Origin: a virus
Taxonomy: Duplodnaviria; Heunggongvirae; Uroviricota; Caudoviricetes
Length of the DNA stretch: 64,000 nucleotides
Reading direction: 5' to 3' (one strand)
Virus record (IMG/VR): IMGVR_UViG_2630968701_000002
The notes beneath the pieces were generated by a model. The model searched no databases. It had not been told where the DNA came from and saw only the letters and a list, made by a program, of their open reading frames with translations. Made by a program: the position numbers and the translations under genes. The stretch's first letter is position 1. Every line of letters starts with the position of its first letter. Below, in pieces: positions 19,392 through 29,870 of this stretch.

Positions 19392-19583
19392 TTACATAAC
19401 ATCAATGATCGCATGACCATATGCAAGTAGATATCCCGGAGTATTTTTCTGATAAAATTCAGAAGCTTCGGCCTCATATACATTTTGATATGATCTTAAG
19501 ATCTCTCCATTTCTAACATTACGAAAATGAATACCATTGATCTTTTCTTTTTTCAATTCGTGTAAAACAGCGCTTACACTCAT
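19392..19583 (-). CDS. hypothetical small protein
   Basis: 63-aa ORF with RBS. Confidence 0.35.
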   Translation of the reverse strand: MSVSAVLHELKKEKINGIHFRNVRNGEILRSYQNVYEAEASEFYQKNTPGYLLAYGHAIIDVM

Positions 19584-19620
19584 AATTTTTCTCCTTTCTT
19601 TTTCTTTCTTTTGCTCTATT

Positions 19621-19706
19621 CGTCATTGTATATTACGTTATAAATATGAAAGATGAAGTAAAAAATAAAAATCATATATAAAAAAGAGCTCCCGGAGGAA
19701 CTCTTT
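19621..19706 (-). promoter_or_regulatory. conserved intergenic cassette copy
   Basis: Plus-strand text cgtcattgtatattacgttataaatatgaaagatgaagtaaaaaataaaaatcatatataaaaaagagctcccggaggaactc. Confidence 0.6.
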
Positions 19707-19727
19707 GAAAGAAAACGAAATATTCAA

Positions 19728-20036
19728 TTATTCTTCGATTGTATCGATGTAGTAAAACTCTTTAATCTCAGGATATTCTTCCTGCTGCCATTCTTTTGAT
19801 GTATCATATGGTGTCACATGTTGATGGGAATCAATAATAGAACACTCATATCCTTCATCTTCTAAAACGCTGGGCCATATAGGAACATCTTCATAATCTC
19901 CATTTGTATAGATTTCACAGCTTTCTTTTTCAAGGGCTTTTAGACGTTTGGCAGGAGCATTTGTCTGTAAAATAATCAATTCTCCACCCATTCCAGATTC
20001 ATCAGATAATGCGATATAGCGTGTTTCTTGTTTCAT
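19728..20036 (-). CDS. hypothetical acidic protein
   Basis: 102-aa ORF. Confidence 0.45.
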   Translation of the reverse strand: MKQETRYIALSDESGMGGELIILQTNAPAKRLKALEKESCEIYTNGDYEDVPIWPSVLEDEGYECSIIDSHQHVTPYDTSKEWQQEEYPEIKEFYYIDTIEE

Positions 20037-20055
20037 AATTTTTCTCCTTTATATA

Positions 20056-21138
20056 TTATTTAACATTTTCACGTTCAATGATTTTCCAATTATAAGTATC
20101 TTCTTTTCCATTTTCATTACGACAATGCAGATTTGCATAATTATCCCCGATTTCAGATAATTCTTCATATCTTTTTTGTTCGTTTAAAGATAAATTAGAA
20201 TGATATTCCATTTCAAAATTATCATAATCTTCATGCATAGCCTCTCTTGCTTCTGAAATTGATTCAAAATGGGCTATACAAAGAATTCCAAATTCACAAG
20301 AAAAAATTAAGAGGTATTCTTTTTTCTTAGAATTTTCTGGGATTTCATTAGTACGTGAAATTTTCCATTGATAAGTTTTATTACGAGTATCTAATCTTGC
20401 GCTATAAGCGCCGCAGTAAGAATTTTCTCTTGATTTTCTTACAAACTGTTTTAGTCGTAAATTTTCGTATTCTTTTGTCATTGCAGCACGTGCATTTTCA
20501 TAGGTTTGAAATCTTTTTGTTGCAACATTAATCCCATCGGATCGTGTTACAAGATATTTTGAAGTACTAGCTTCGCCAGTTATTTTTTCAATAGAATGAT
20601 AGTCCATACATTCTGCTTCTCCATCACAAGCCCATAATTCATAATGGAACCCATACTCATCCTGCCATTCATTGAATAGATCTTCAATTTCTCGATTGCT
20701 AATATCTTTTCCAGCATAATATTCGTCCATAGATCTCATTAAATCCTGTAAAGAATATCCATGATCCATCATCCATTGCAGCTGATAGTTTTCATAAGAA
20801 ATGGTAGGATTTTCATTTGCTTCGTATAAAGGGATTTCTTTCTTCCCTTTTTCTTCATAGGCATCTTCATAATATACCATTTTCGGTTTATCAGAATCAG
20901 CATTTTCGATAAAAAAGCTTCCAAGATAATTTCCTGCTTCTTCTTTATTATCTGCCAGATAACAAATATCGAATCCTTCAAACTCTCGCATTGTGCATTC
21001 TGTAAGACGAATACTTCCTGCGCTCTTATGATCTGTGATCGTTACTGAATTTGACACAACATCTTTTACTTTATTCATAATATTTTCCATTTTTAATACA
21101 TCTTTGACTGTTAATTCCATAATTTTTCTCCTTCTCAT
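20056..21138 (-). CDS. hypothetical protein
   Basis: 360-aa ORF. Confidence 0.5.
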   Translation of the reverse strand: MRRRKIMELTVKDVLKMENIMNKVKDVVSNSVTITDHKSAGSIRLTECTMREFEGFDICYLADNKEEAGNYLGSFFIENADSDKPKMVYYEDAYEEKGKKEIPLYEANENPTISYENYQLQWMMDHGYSLQDLMRSMDEYYAGKDISNREIEDLFNEWQDEYGFHYELWACDGEAECMDYHSIEKITGEASTSKYLVTRSDGINVATKRFQTYENARAAMTKEYENLRLKQFVRKSRENSYCGAYSARLDTRNKTYQWKISRTNEIPENSKKKEYLLIFSCEFGILCIAHFESISEAREAMHEDYDNFEMEYHSNLSLNEQKRYEELSEIGDNYANLHCRNENGKEDTYNWKIIERENVK

Positions 21139-21335
21139 AAATTGATGATTTCTTCTCCAATTCTGATCTGATCCAAAAACAGATTGGATACAACAACCCT
21201 TAATTTTGTTGCTCCATACCCTCTTTTTTCAAGAGCTTCTTTTGCAGCATTTGCTTTTTCTTCTGAAGTGCACACTGCAAATACAGTTGGACACCAAGTC
21301 ACTTTATCAATTCCGTCTACAAAAAATAGTTTCAT
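21135..21335 (-). CDS. hypothetical small protein
   Basis: 66-aa ORF overlapping the next gene by 4 nt. Confidence 0.4.
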   Translation of the reverse strand: MKLFFVDGIDKVTWCPTVFAVCTSEEKANAAKEALEKRGYGATKLRVVVSNLFLDQIRIGEEIINL

Positions 21336-21434
21336 TTCCTTTCTCCTTTTCTCTCATCGTCATTTCATTACACCTTAAATATGAAAGATAAAAAAAAACG
21401 ATAAAAAAAGAAGCCGTAATCGGCTTCCTGAAAA

Positions 21435-22106
21435 TTATGATACTTGCTCAAGTGCATATACAAAAGATAATATTTCAGCATAAGATGTCTGTAATTTCTT
21501 GCATCGGTCTGTTCGAAATTCAATATAAGAGCAAAGACTCTCAACCGTACCATCTTCATAATCTGGATCGATCTCATAAGTCCCATTGTCAACTTCATGA
21601 AAGTTTTGATCATAAACAGAATAATCAATTTCCCTTTTTATATTCTCTGTTTTTTTACAAACAAGGATTTCCTGATACTGATTGACATAAATCTGAAAAT
21701 AAGGGTCAATGTCACGAAAAACTTTTGCATAAATATCAGTATTGACTGATTTTGTAAAGAAACTCCAAAATGCAGCATACTCTCTCATCATCGACCCAAT
21801 TACTTCAAAATCTAACAACTTATGATTATCGTAATCCTGTGTTGTCGCAATTTGATGTAAAAAAGAAAAATCTTCTTTGGATGTTACATGATAAACAGTC
21901 ATCCATGGATTTTCCTGATTCATGATTGTACAGCCTTCCCCTGCAATATTAAGATCAACGCGGAACATGTCTCCATTTTTCTTTTCATAAAAAAGGCTTG
22001 CAATGATCACTGGATAACCTGATTGCTGTTCTTTACTGTAAGAGATCAATTGATTATATGTTTCCTGAGTTTTAATCACTTTTGATGAATTCCATTGTAA
22101 TTCCAT
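21435..22106 (-). CDS. hypothetical protein
   Basis: 223-aa ORF. Confidence 0.5.
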   Translation of the reverse strand: MELQWNSSKVIKTQETYNQLISYSKEQQSGYPVIIASLFYEKKNGDMFRVDLNIAGEGCTIMNQENPWMTVYHVTSKEDFSFLHQIATTQDYDNHKLLDFEVIGSMMREYAAFWSFFTKSVNTDIYAKVFRDIDPYFQIYVNQYQEILVCKKTENIKREIDYSVYDQNFHEVDNGTYEIDPDYEDGTVESLCSYIEFRTDRCKKLQTSYAEILSFVYALEQVS

Positions 22107-22206
22107 AATTTTTCTTCCTTTCTCTTCATCGTCATTTTTTTATATATTCAAATATGACAGATGAGAAAAAAGATAAAAAAAGAGCCCGAAGGCTCCTTCT
22201 TTTGAA

Positions 22207-23253
22207 TTAGAATTTAACTTTTAATATAGGATCTTCGTTATGATCACCCCAAATATAAAAATTCTTTTCTCCGTTTGGCTTTTGTTCTGCAAGTATTCTT
22301 GCAGTTGGGAATCCGGATGATTCATCGTTTGCATAATATTCAATTTCCATTCCTGGGTATTCAGTATCAGGTGATTTTTGTGCCACCAATATTCCATCTG
22401 ACAAAGACACTTTCAATCTTTTTTCTTTCGGCTGATTTCTCTTTGGTGGATTATTTAATGTTGTGACATTCCATTCGATGAATGCTTGTTCTCCATTTTT
22501 GTATTGTTCAATACGAGCAAATGTTCCGTCTTCTGAGATCTTTGGAAACAGCCCATATTCATCATCTGCATCATCATATCCCATACCTAATTCTTCCCGT
22601 TCAACTTTTAACTCGTGCTTATATTCATTTTTTACAAATTCAATTGCTTCTGCTTCTGTGTCAAAAACATACAACGGATTTTCCGGATCAAAGCTGTAGT
22701 AAACAGAAACGAAATACTGAACGATGGGATCCTGAGATTTATCTTTGGCTTTAGGGGCAGCAGGTTCCTGTGTTTCATCTAAGAATGCTGCTGATGGTCC
22801 AAAAAATTTTTTTAATGCAGTTTCAACATCTACCTCATTGGATCTAACAAACCATCCGTTTTCAGTGATATCAAAATCTCCCTGATCATCCAAACATTTT
22901 TCTGGAATTTCGTCTTCAGAAATGAACACTCCGAATCGATTAACTCCAAAAGTTGTTAATGGATTTTGCTTTCGAATATGTGTCATAATCCTTGGATCAT
23001 CACAATGTTTCGCTGTATAAATATGAAATCCATGCTCTGGTGCTTTTGCTAACCATGTGATAATGCTATATGTGTTAAGATTTTTAAGATTTATCCCTTC
23101 AAAGAATGCACGATAGTTCCTTCGTGTAATATCAGCATGCAACTCTCCCATTAAAATTACCATTCCGCGTGGCAATCCTGCTTTTCTTCCTTTTGCAGTT
23201 ACTGCAAGAAAGTCACAACCACCATTTCCAGATTCTACATAACGATAACTCAT
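22207..23253 (-). CDS. hypothetical protein
   Basis: 348-aa ORF. Confidence 0.5.
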   Translation of the reverse strand: MSYRYVESGNGGCDFLAVTAKGRKAGLPRGMVILMGELHADITRRNYRAFFEGINLKNLNTYSIITWLAKAPEHGFHIYTAKHCDDPRIMTHIRKQNPLTTFGVNRFGVFISEDEIPEKCLDDQGDFDITENGWFVRSNEVDVETALKKFFGPSAAFLDETQEPAAPKAKDKSQDPIVQYFVSVYYSFDPENPLYVFDTEAEAIEFVKNEYKHELKVEREELGMGYDDADDEYGLFPKISEDGTFARIEQYKNGEQAFIEWNVTTLNNPPKRNQPKEKRLKVSLSDGILVAQKSPDTEYPGMEIEYYANDESSGFPTARILAEQKPNGEKNFYIWGDHNEDPILKVKF

Positions 23254-23371
23254 AATTTTTCTCCTTTTCTTTCTCTAAATCGTCAATTAGTTGTTACATG
23301 ATAAATATGAGAGATGAAAAAAAATATAAAATTCATATATAAAAAAGAGACCCGTAGGTCTCTCTTGAAAA

Positions 23372-23980
23372 TTATCTTAAATATTCTCCAAATATATTAT
23401 AAAATTTCTTAATCTCTTCTTCGTTCCCTGAAAGTTCAAGATATTCACCACTTGCAAATTCCGAAAACTCGAATAAGTTTTTTATTAAAATATCTTTGTT
23501 ATCTGAAGTGATTTGTAAAGTCTTGTTATACAACCGATCAGAAAATAAATCAACATAATATGATCCAGTTGCATCGATTGCCATTAATCCACTATCAATC
23601 TCGCTTAATTCGTCATCTGTAATCGTATACTTGATTTTCCCATTTTCAGATGATTTGCAAAGTAGATATTCATTATTTGAATTTTTGAATATACGATATT
23701 GTGACCCGTTCACATCATCAAAAACCTTTTCATCCAGATAAACATCCTTCGTTTTTGCAAAGATAATCTTTCTTAGATTAAGATATTCATTGATATCCGC
23801 AGATAGATGATCACATTGTTTTAGGATATTTGCCGTACCATATTCTTGACAACAATCATCAAATACCTTATCACGAGCCAATTTTAATTCATCAGCAACT
23901 TTCTCCAAGATCAGTAACATTTCGTCTGTAACGTCATCTTCATATTTTCTAATTTCTATAATATCCATAAATCCAATCAT
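23372..23980 (-). CDS. hypothetical protein
   Basis: 202-aa ORF. Confidence 0.5.
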   Translation of the reverse strand: MIGFMDIIEIRKYEDDVTDEMLLILEKVADELKLARDKVFDDCCQEYGTANILKQCDHLSADINEYLNLRKIIFAKTKDVYLDEKVFDDVNGSQYRIFKNSNNEYLLCKSSENGKIKYTITDDELSEIDSGLMAIDATGSYYVDLFSDRLYNKTLQITSDNKDILIKNLFEFSEFASGEYLELSGNEEEIKKFYNIFGEYLR

Positions 23981-24084
23981 TTAATTTTTCTCCTTTTCTC
24001 TCAATCGTCATTAAAATGTTTCAGTTTAAATATGAAAGATAGAAAAAAAATAAAAAAAGAGACCCGAAGGTCTCTCAAAAAAAA

Positions 24085-24720
24085 TTAGTAATTATCTGTT
24101 CTACGTTGTTTCAACAACTTTTTCTGTACATCTATTTTCGTTTTATAACGATATCGTTTTTCTACTTGTTCAGAAACATTTTGCACAGCTTCTGCCATTA
24201 ATTCATTGGTATCAGCATTTAGCATCTCTTCAAAGTAAAGGACAATCTCCTCAAAATTATCATCTGTCATCTTACCGAAAGTGTCTGTTGATGAAAAAAT
24301 TTCCATCATATACTTTCCTTCTTCAATTCGTTCCTGACGATGCAATTCATTAATTACTTCACTTGATAAGATAATTGATTGCCCATTTACAATTAACTTT
24401 CTTGACTCCATATTTTTTTGAATATCTTTCGCATTCTTTTCTTCAACTTGATTGCAACGCTCTTCTACTTTTTGAGTAATTTTCTGCACCGCAGCTTCCA
24501 TCATTTCAGAAATGTTGTCACTTGTTGTATTCAATGCATATATAAAATCATCAGCAATCATCGCAAAGTCATCATCTGTCATCTTATTATAAACATCATT
24601 TAAACCTAATGTCTTTACGATCAGTTTTCCTTTCTCTATGTATTCCTGATGACGTAATTTATTCAGTACTTCATCTGATAAAACAACAGTTTCTCCATTT
24701 ACAACTAATTTTCTAACCAT
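24085..24720 (-). CDS. hypothetical protein with internal tandem duplication (~95 aa x2)
   Basis: Start refined to MVRKLVV (AGGAGA RBS). Repeats LVVNGETVVLSDEVLNKLRHQEYIEKGK and LIVNGQSIILSSEVINELHRQERIEEGK. Confidence 0.5.
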   Translation of the reverse strand: MVRKLVVNGETVVLSDEVLNKLRHQEYIEKGKLIVKTLGLNDVYNKMTDDDFAMIADDFIYALNTTSDNISEMMEAAVQKITQKVEERCNQVEEKNAKDIQKNMESRKLIVNGQSIILSSEVINELHRQERIEEGKYMMEIFSSTDTFGKMTDDNFEEIVLYFEEMLNADTNELMAEAVQNVSEQVEKRYRYKTKIDVQKKLLKQRRTDNY

Positions 24721-24737
24721 ATCTTTTCTCCTATTCT

Positions 24738-24974
24738 TCAAACAACATAAAAATAACTTTTTTTGATTTCTGGAGCATGGCGATACTGTGCAACGCAATC
24801 AACTCCCATGAAATGTTTGTTCTTTTTCATTTCCTGTTTTTCTTCTTCTGTTAAAATTCGATCCATCATTACGCGAATAGCATTCTTTCTATTTTTTAGC
24901 AACACATCATTGAAATCAATCACATCGGCTTTAACTGAATCTGGCAATAAATCGATTAAAATTGTAATATTCAT
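24738..24974 (-). CDS. hypothetical small protein
   Basis: 78-aa ORF with AAGGAG RBS. Confidence 0.4.
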   Translation of the reverse strand: MNITILIDLLPDSVKADVIDFNDVLLKNRKNAIRVMMDRILTEEEKQEMKKNKHFMGVDCVAQYRHAPEIKKSYFYVV

Positions 24975-25048
24975 ATTTTTTCTCCTTTTTTAATAGAGCA
25001 ACCAACACCTCGTTAGAAGTGTCGATTGCTCTGATGAATAGTAGCTAT

Positions 25049-25549
25049 TTATTCCCCAATTGGAAAATCTTCTGGTAATCCTTCTGGAATATTCATTCCT
25101 GTTGGAATCTCCGGAATTGGATCTACCACAGGCATAGACATGGAATCCGTCATAGGATTTGGACTATAATCCGGAACATCAAATGAATTTGCAGGCTGAT
25201 ATGCATTTTGATTATTACGGACTTCTTCTGGGATCTTATCATCCGCAAAGTAATGTTCGTTCATTACAACATCTAATGCATAAACTTTTGTGCCGTCATC
25301 TTTTGTATAACTGTTTAGTTCCAGTTTTCCACATGCAACAATTTTCCTACCTTTTCTCAGGTATTTTTCTACAAATTTTCCACTTGAGCCAAAAGCAATG
25401 CAGTCAATAAAATCTGTCACCTGTTCTCCATTTTTTCCTGGTCTGCGATCAATAGCTAATGTATATCGAGCGATCGCTGTTCCGCCCTGTGAATATTTCA
25501 CCATTGGATCTTTTGTTAATCTTCCCATTAAAGTAACTTTGTTTAGCAT
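25049..25549 (-). CDS. ssb: single-stranded DNA-binding protein
   Basis: N-terminus MLNKVTLMGRLTKDPMVKYSQGGTAIARYTLAIDRR...DFIDCIAFG is a typical bacterial SSB OB-fold. The C-terminal tail is acidic and Gly/Pro-rich. Confidence 0.8.
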   Translation of the reverse strand: MLNKVTLMGRLTKDPMVKYSQGGTAIARYTLAIDRRPGKNGEQVTDFIDCIAFGSSGKFVEKYLRKGRKIVACGKLELNSYTKDDGTKVYALDVVMNEHYFADDKIPEEVRNNQNAYQPANSFDVPDYSPNPMTDSMSMPVVDPIPEIPTGMNIPEGLPEDFPIGE

Positions 25550-25597
25550 AATTTTTTCTCCTTTTCTTAGAAATAGTTTGCTTGTAAAATATATGAT

Positions 25598-26113
25598 TTA
25601 ATGATCATGGTCCACTGGCAATTGCCACCAGTCAATTCCAAAATGATCGATCATAATCTTTTCATCAAATCCAGCTCCATGAATATAATGCATGACAGCC
25701 ATTAGATAGCATAAAATACGATATCTTGTATGCTGATTCTTTTTGTCATAGTAATGCATGAAAATTTCACAAAACTCGTCATCTTCATATGCATACCAGA
25801 AAAAGAATTCTTTTTCTTTTTCTAAAAACGTATGACACACTGCATTTGCAATTCCATATTTCACATCAAATCTTCGAGTTTTCTTAAGAATTGCAGCAAG
25901 CATTTTAAAAATAAAAACACTGCTCATATGATCTTCTTTGTAAATTCTGATCGCTTTATCTGATGGACGGAATTGATGTACATTTGAAATATAGTTCACT
26001 AGCTTTTTTACTGCAGTTTCATCTACAACCTCGATTTCATAAAAATCTTCGGTGTAAAATCCACCGTTTTTCCCACATAGATCATCTACTAATTTTTTTT
26101 CTTTTGGATTCAT
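25598..26113 (-). CDS. hypothetical protein (same operon as ssb)
   Basis: 171-aa ORF with a 48-nt spacer to ssb and no cassette between them. Confidence 0.45.
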   Translation of the reverse strand: MNPKEKKLVDDLCGKNGGFYTEDFYEIEVVDETAVKKLVNYISNVHQFRPSDKAIRIYKEDHMSSVFIFKMLAAILKKTRRFDVKYGIANAVCHTFLEKEKEFFFWYAYEDDEFCEIFMHYYDKKNQHTRYRILCYLMAVMHYIHGAGFDEKIMIDHFGIDWWQLPVDHDH

Positions 26114-26195
26114 AAATTTTCTCCTTTACTTTTCTCTCTTCGTCATTTCTTGTTACGTATTAAATATGATAGATAAGAAAAAAAATAAAATCGAT

Positions 26196-26283
26196 ATATA
26201 AGATTCTTACATTTCAAAGGAAGCTCGCATTCATCCCAGCCAAACTTTCTTTATGGATGGGGTGTTCTGCTTAAGTCAATAAA
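26196..26283 (-). repeat. solo copy of the TnpB-B element left-end hairpin region (PATE-like fragment), nested between two cassettes
   Basis: About 88% identical to 62516-62600 (gattcttacatttcaaaggaagctcgcat.catccc.gcc.aactttc.tt.tgga.ggggt.ttctgctta..tcaataaa). Confidence 0.5.
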
Positions 26284-26362
26284 TATGAGAGATTTTTTTA
26301 ATTTTCGAAAATCATATAAAAAAAAGAGACTGGTTTTAGCCTCTTTTTCTGGAAATTATTTT

Positions 26363-27212
26363 TTAGTTTTTGCGAGAAAAGCCAAGTTTATTATCAAAAA
26401 TAAAGACTCTATAATTAAATCTGTATGCAATTTTCATTGCTTTCTTTACATCTGTAGAATCTTTTTTCGCCATATGAAATTCATTTAATGATACTTTAAA
26501 AATTCCTAATTTCTCCAAAATATTGATTGTGGAATTATGTGAAACTTCCTTAAATTCAACGATTTCTGATTTAGATAAATCACCATGAATATTCTCACAA
26601 AACAACTCTTTCAAAATTCCCTTGTGCTTGAATGCATTTTCCATGTCATAATTTTGTAATTGATAAACTTCTGTACATGGATATGAAATAGCTCTTTCTT
26701 TCGCTTGCTGATCAAAATGCTGATTATTTGACAAATATAAAACCTGTACAGTATGTCCCTCTAGTAAGAAATTTTGAAAGAACATTCCAATACTCCGTTC
26801 AGTTATCTTACAAAATCTTTCTAAATATTTTTTGATTTCTTCCTCTGGTGCGTCCGTTTTAAAAAATAGAAAATTTTCCATCATTCAAAATAACTTTAAC
26901 AACACGAGGAGTGCCATAATTAATATTTTTCTGCATAACATCTCTGCTTTTTGTCAGATATTCCTCAAATGTTTCATCTGCGATCAAGAAAAACAAAGAT
27001 TCAAAATCATCTTTATTCTCAACATCCAAATACATTTTTAAAAGCTCATCTGAAATTCTTGTTACTTGAAAATCAGATTTTCCCATGATATCAGCCAAGA
27101 CTGTATCAGCATCCTGAATGGCTCCCATTGGCTGGTTTTCTGATAATTTCAATACTTTTTTTGCCAATCTTACACAATTACTCATTTTTTTCTCCTTTTC
27201 TCTGTTCGTCAT
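26363..27212 (-). pseudogene. paralog of 12544-13401, split by a frameshift in a homopolymer
   Basis: 26859-27212 matches the N-terminal half and 26363-26884 the C-terminal half of the 285-aa paralog. The frames join if one base is removed from the run at 26861-26866. Confidence 0.5.
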
Positions 27213-27292
27213 TTCTTGTTATATATTAAATATGAGAGATGAGAGAAAAGATAAAATCCATATATAAGAAAAAGAGATCCGTAGATCTCTCC
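27205..27292 (-). promoter_or_regulatory. conserved intergenic cassette copy
   Basis: Plus-strand text ctgttcgtcatttcttgttatatattaaatatgagagatgagagaaaagataaaatccatatataagaaaaagagatccgtagatctc. Confidence 0.6.
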
Positions 27293-27300
27293 TCTTCTGG

Positions 27301-27582
27301 TCATTCAATGTATGATCCCAATTCGATATTTGCAGCTTGATTTAATTCCAATTCCAAAATTTCAATACTCATCTCTACTTCAATTAATGACGTTTTTGAA
27401 ATTTCTTTCTCATACAGTTGTTTTGCAGCTGATTTTCTAGCAATCTCAGCTTCTTTTTTCGTGCCATAAATTCCAAAAACATTTTCTCGACATCCGTAGC
27501 CCTCAAACCATGTGTCTCCATGTACCAAATATACTTTCATTATTCTTCTCCTTTTCTCTGTTCGTCTTTTGAAATGCTTCAA
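27301..27582 (-). CDS. hypothetical protein
   Basis: 93-aa ORF. Confidence 0.4.
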   Translation of the reverse strand: MKHFKRRTEKRRRIMKVYLVHGDTWFEGYGCRENVFGIYGTKKEAEIARKSAAKQLYEKEISKTSLIEVEMSIEILELELNQAANIELGSYIE

Positions 27583-27615
27583 TTTGAATATGAGAGATAG
27601 AAAATGATATAAAAA

Positions 27616-28764
27616 TCATTCATACATTTCAAATTCTCCACTGATATACATTTTTTCAAGATTGTGTTCTTCTTTTAATTCTCTTTGTGTTGAATTACAA
27701 AATGATGTTAATATCCCTTTACCAGATAAGATAAACAAGCAATCTGGCCTCATGAATTTGTTTGATAACAAATGTGTATTATGAGACGTTAAGATAATCT
27801 GACATTTTGGATATGTTTCTTTCAAGACAAGTAGCATTTTCTCTGTTGTTTCATAATGAAAAAAGGAATCAATTCCATCTAAGTAAAGAAAAGAAACATT
27901 TTCATCATTTGAAAGGATCCTGTAATATAATTCAGTCAGCATTAAGATTCCACTAGATGCGTTCTCAAGAAATGGGATCATCCGGTCATACACAAAATAT
28001 AAATTCCTTTGCCTGCTTAGCATCCTTTTTAATTTTAGTTTACATTCGATTCCCATTACATTTAAGAAATCCTCAAAATGCTGCAAATTGTGATTCTTTT
28101 CTAATAGCTGATAAAAATTTTGTTCTTCCACTGTATTAGACAATAAAGAAAATTCTCTGTAATCTGCAGTTATTCGACTCATTCCATTTACATAATCTGT
28201 CAGCTTTAATAAAACAGAATTCTCATCTAGTGCCATATGATCAAGCGTCCATTTTAAAAATGCAAATCTAGAACCAGGGATATCATCACAGCTTTTCACA
28301 TACTCCAAATAATATTCTGTATTTGCTGTTTCTGCATGAATATCATTCAAATGATCAAAATCATATTTCCCTTTTTCAAAATCACACTCAAAAATACTAA
28401 TTCCGTTGATTTCTAATTTTTCGTAATTTAATCCTCGATATTCTTTCAAATATTCATAGCACAGCTCTGTATCACCAAATTGAAACCGGTATTCAAAGAA
28501 CGCTGTCTTTTCATCCGAATCAGTATTCAAAAGAAATGGATCATATGGACATTCAAATGTCCCACATAATACATCTTTAATATCTAACAATGCTTTTCCA
28601 AGATGTGTTTTACCTGTTGCATTCCGCCCGCAGATCAGCATTTTACGAATGATTCCATCTGAAATGCAATTTGTCTGGAATGAGTAATCTCTGATATTTT
28701 CAAAATCTATGGTGATTTCATCTTTAAAGTTTTTATAATTTCTTAATGTAAATGCTTTTAACAT
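27616..28764 (-). CDS. ABC/AAA_21-type ATPase (SMC-like, OLD/AbiEii-type fold)
   Basis: Walker A ICGRNATGKTHLGKAL. Walker B/D-loop LYLDGIDSFF. ILTSHN near the C-terminus. Start refined to MLKAFTLRNYKNFKD (AAGGAG RBS). Confidence 0.6.
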   Translation of the reverse strand: MLKAFTLRNYKNFKDEITIDFENIRDYSFQTNCISDGIIRKMLICGRNATGKTHLGKALLDIKDVLCGTFECPYDPFLLNTDSDEKTAFFEYRFQFGDTELCYEYLKEYRGLNYEKLEINGISIFECDFEKGKYDFDHLNDIHAETANTEYYLEYVKSCDDIPGSRFAFLKWTLDHMALDENSVLLKLTDYVNGMSRITADYREFSLLSNTVEEQNFYQLLEKNHNLQHFEDFLNVMGIECKLKLKRMLSRQRNLYFVYDRMIPFLENASSGILMLTELYYRILSNDENVSFLYLDGIDSFFHYETTEKMLLVLKETYPKCQIILTSHNTHLLSNKFMRPDCLFILSGKGILTSFCNSTQRELKEEHNLEKMYISGEFEMYE

Positions 28765-28783
28765 ATGATTTGCTCCTTTTAAA

Positions 28784-29755
28784 TTAGTTCCAACGTGCAT
28801 CCGTGATGATCATTTGATTGTTGTTTGTCATCAAATATGAGATAGAAAAGTCTGGATACTGTTTATTCAAAACGCCTTCTCCAAATGTTCCATCTAATAC
28901 ATAATCCACATCAGCTTTTCCTATCCGGATTTCCTCATTGATCTCTGATTCCTGAATCACAAAATCTGGAAGATCTTCTTTTGTAACCTGTAAATTCTCA
29001 AGGATCCAATATTCAATATTGGAAATTCTGTTAAATCTCATTCCTACAATCTTGCGAAATACTTCATCGACATTTTCTTTTTTCAAAGTAGATTCCAAAG
29101 GATAGAATTGAAGAAATGCCTTACACATTGCAATCTCAAGATTAGCTTCCCAGTCTGGATCTTCAAAATCGATTTCATCATAAATGCAATGTTTATTAGG
29201 AATTGCTTTATTTTCTTTCACTTTATAAATCGTGCCATACCTTTTTTCAGCTTTTTTTGAAAGTATGTATTCTACTCCAATATCTCCAACCCGTAAACGT
29301 GCAGTATGAGAATCCATTCCTTCTCTTAAAGCCATTTCTTTTGTAAAAGCACACACAAAGTAATATTCTGGTCTGGTCATTAGATCAATGATTCCTTTTT
29401 CTTTTAATGGATACTTTTTCATGATCTCTAAATGAATGACTTCTCTTCTGTCAATTCTTTCTTCGCTATGCATTTCCTTGTCATATTCTGGGGTTAAATC
29501 ATAGAATATTTGAACATTCATAGATTGAAAAATGCCAAAGTCAAAGTTTCTGATAGATACTTCTAATGTTTCATCGTATCTATCCTTATCCCAAATAAAT
29601 GCGATTTTTTCATATTTCTTATTGTTAGATTCCAAATATCGTATGATTCTTTCGTGCTGATCAACAACATATGTAATCAATGATTCTAGATCATTATTAA
29701 ATGGAAGCATAATAGAACCATCTTTTTCGCTGCTGTAAATTCTTAAATAATACAT
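28784..29755 (-). CDS. hypothetical protein co-transcribed with the ATPase
   Basis: 323 aa. Its stop lies 19 nt upstream of the ATPase start. C-terminal motif PDFVIQESEINEEIRIGKADVDYVLDGTFG. Confidence 0.5.
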   Translation of the reverse strand: MYYLRIYSSEKDGSIMLPFNNDLESLITYVVDQHERIIRYLESNNKKYEKIAFIWDKDRYDETLEVSIRNFDFGIFQSMNVQIFYDLTPEYDKEMHSEERIDRREVIHLEIMKKYPLKEKGIIDLMTRPEYYFVCAFTKEMALREGMDSHTARLRVGDIGVEYILSKKAEKRYGTIYKVKENKAIPNKHCIYDEIDFEDPDWEANLEIAMCKAFLQFYPLESTLKKENVDEVFRKIVGMRFNRISNIEYWILENLQVTKEDLPDFVIQESEINEEIRIGKADVDYVLDGTFGEGVLNKQYPDFSISYLMTNNNQMIITDARWN

Positions 29756-29870
29756 AAATTTTTCTCCTTTTCTCTGTTCGTCATTTTTATTTACAGCTTA
29801 AATATGAGAGATGAGAAAAAAGATAAAAGAAAAAAGGACTTTACAGCCCTCTTCTCTCCTTTTGTATCAA

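Noticed and set aside
27200-27215. CGAAC half-sites inside many cassettes (aatgaCGAACagag) as possible LexA operators.
   Set aside because: Only one half-site is present with no inverted GTTCG partner. The real Cheo-like box is at 36737-36750.
27227-27262. Each cassette contains an apparent 11-codon plus-strand mini-ORF (ATG RGA GAx ... CAY ATA TAA; e.g. MRDERKDKIHI) of constant length.
   Set aside because: There is no RBS ahead of the ATG, the interior is not conserved at the amino-acid level, and it lies antisense to every gene. Constant length is better explained as fixed spacing between two promoter boxes on the coding strand.
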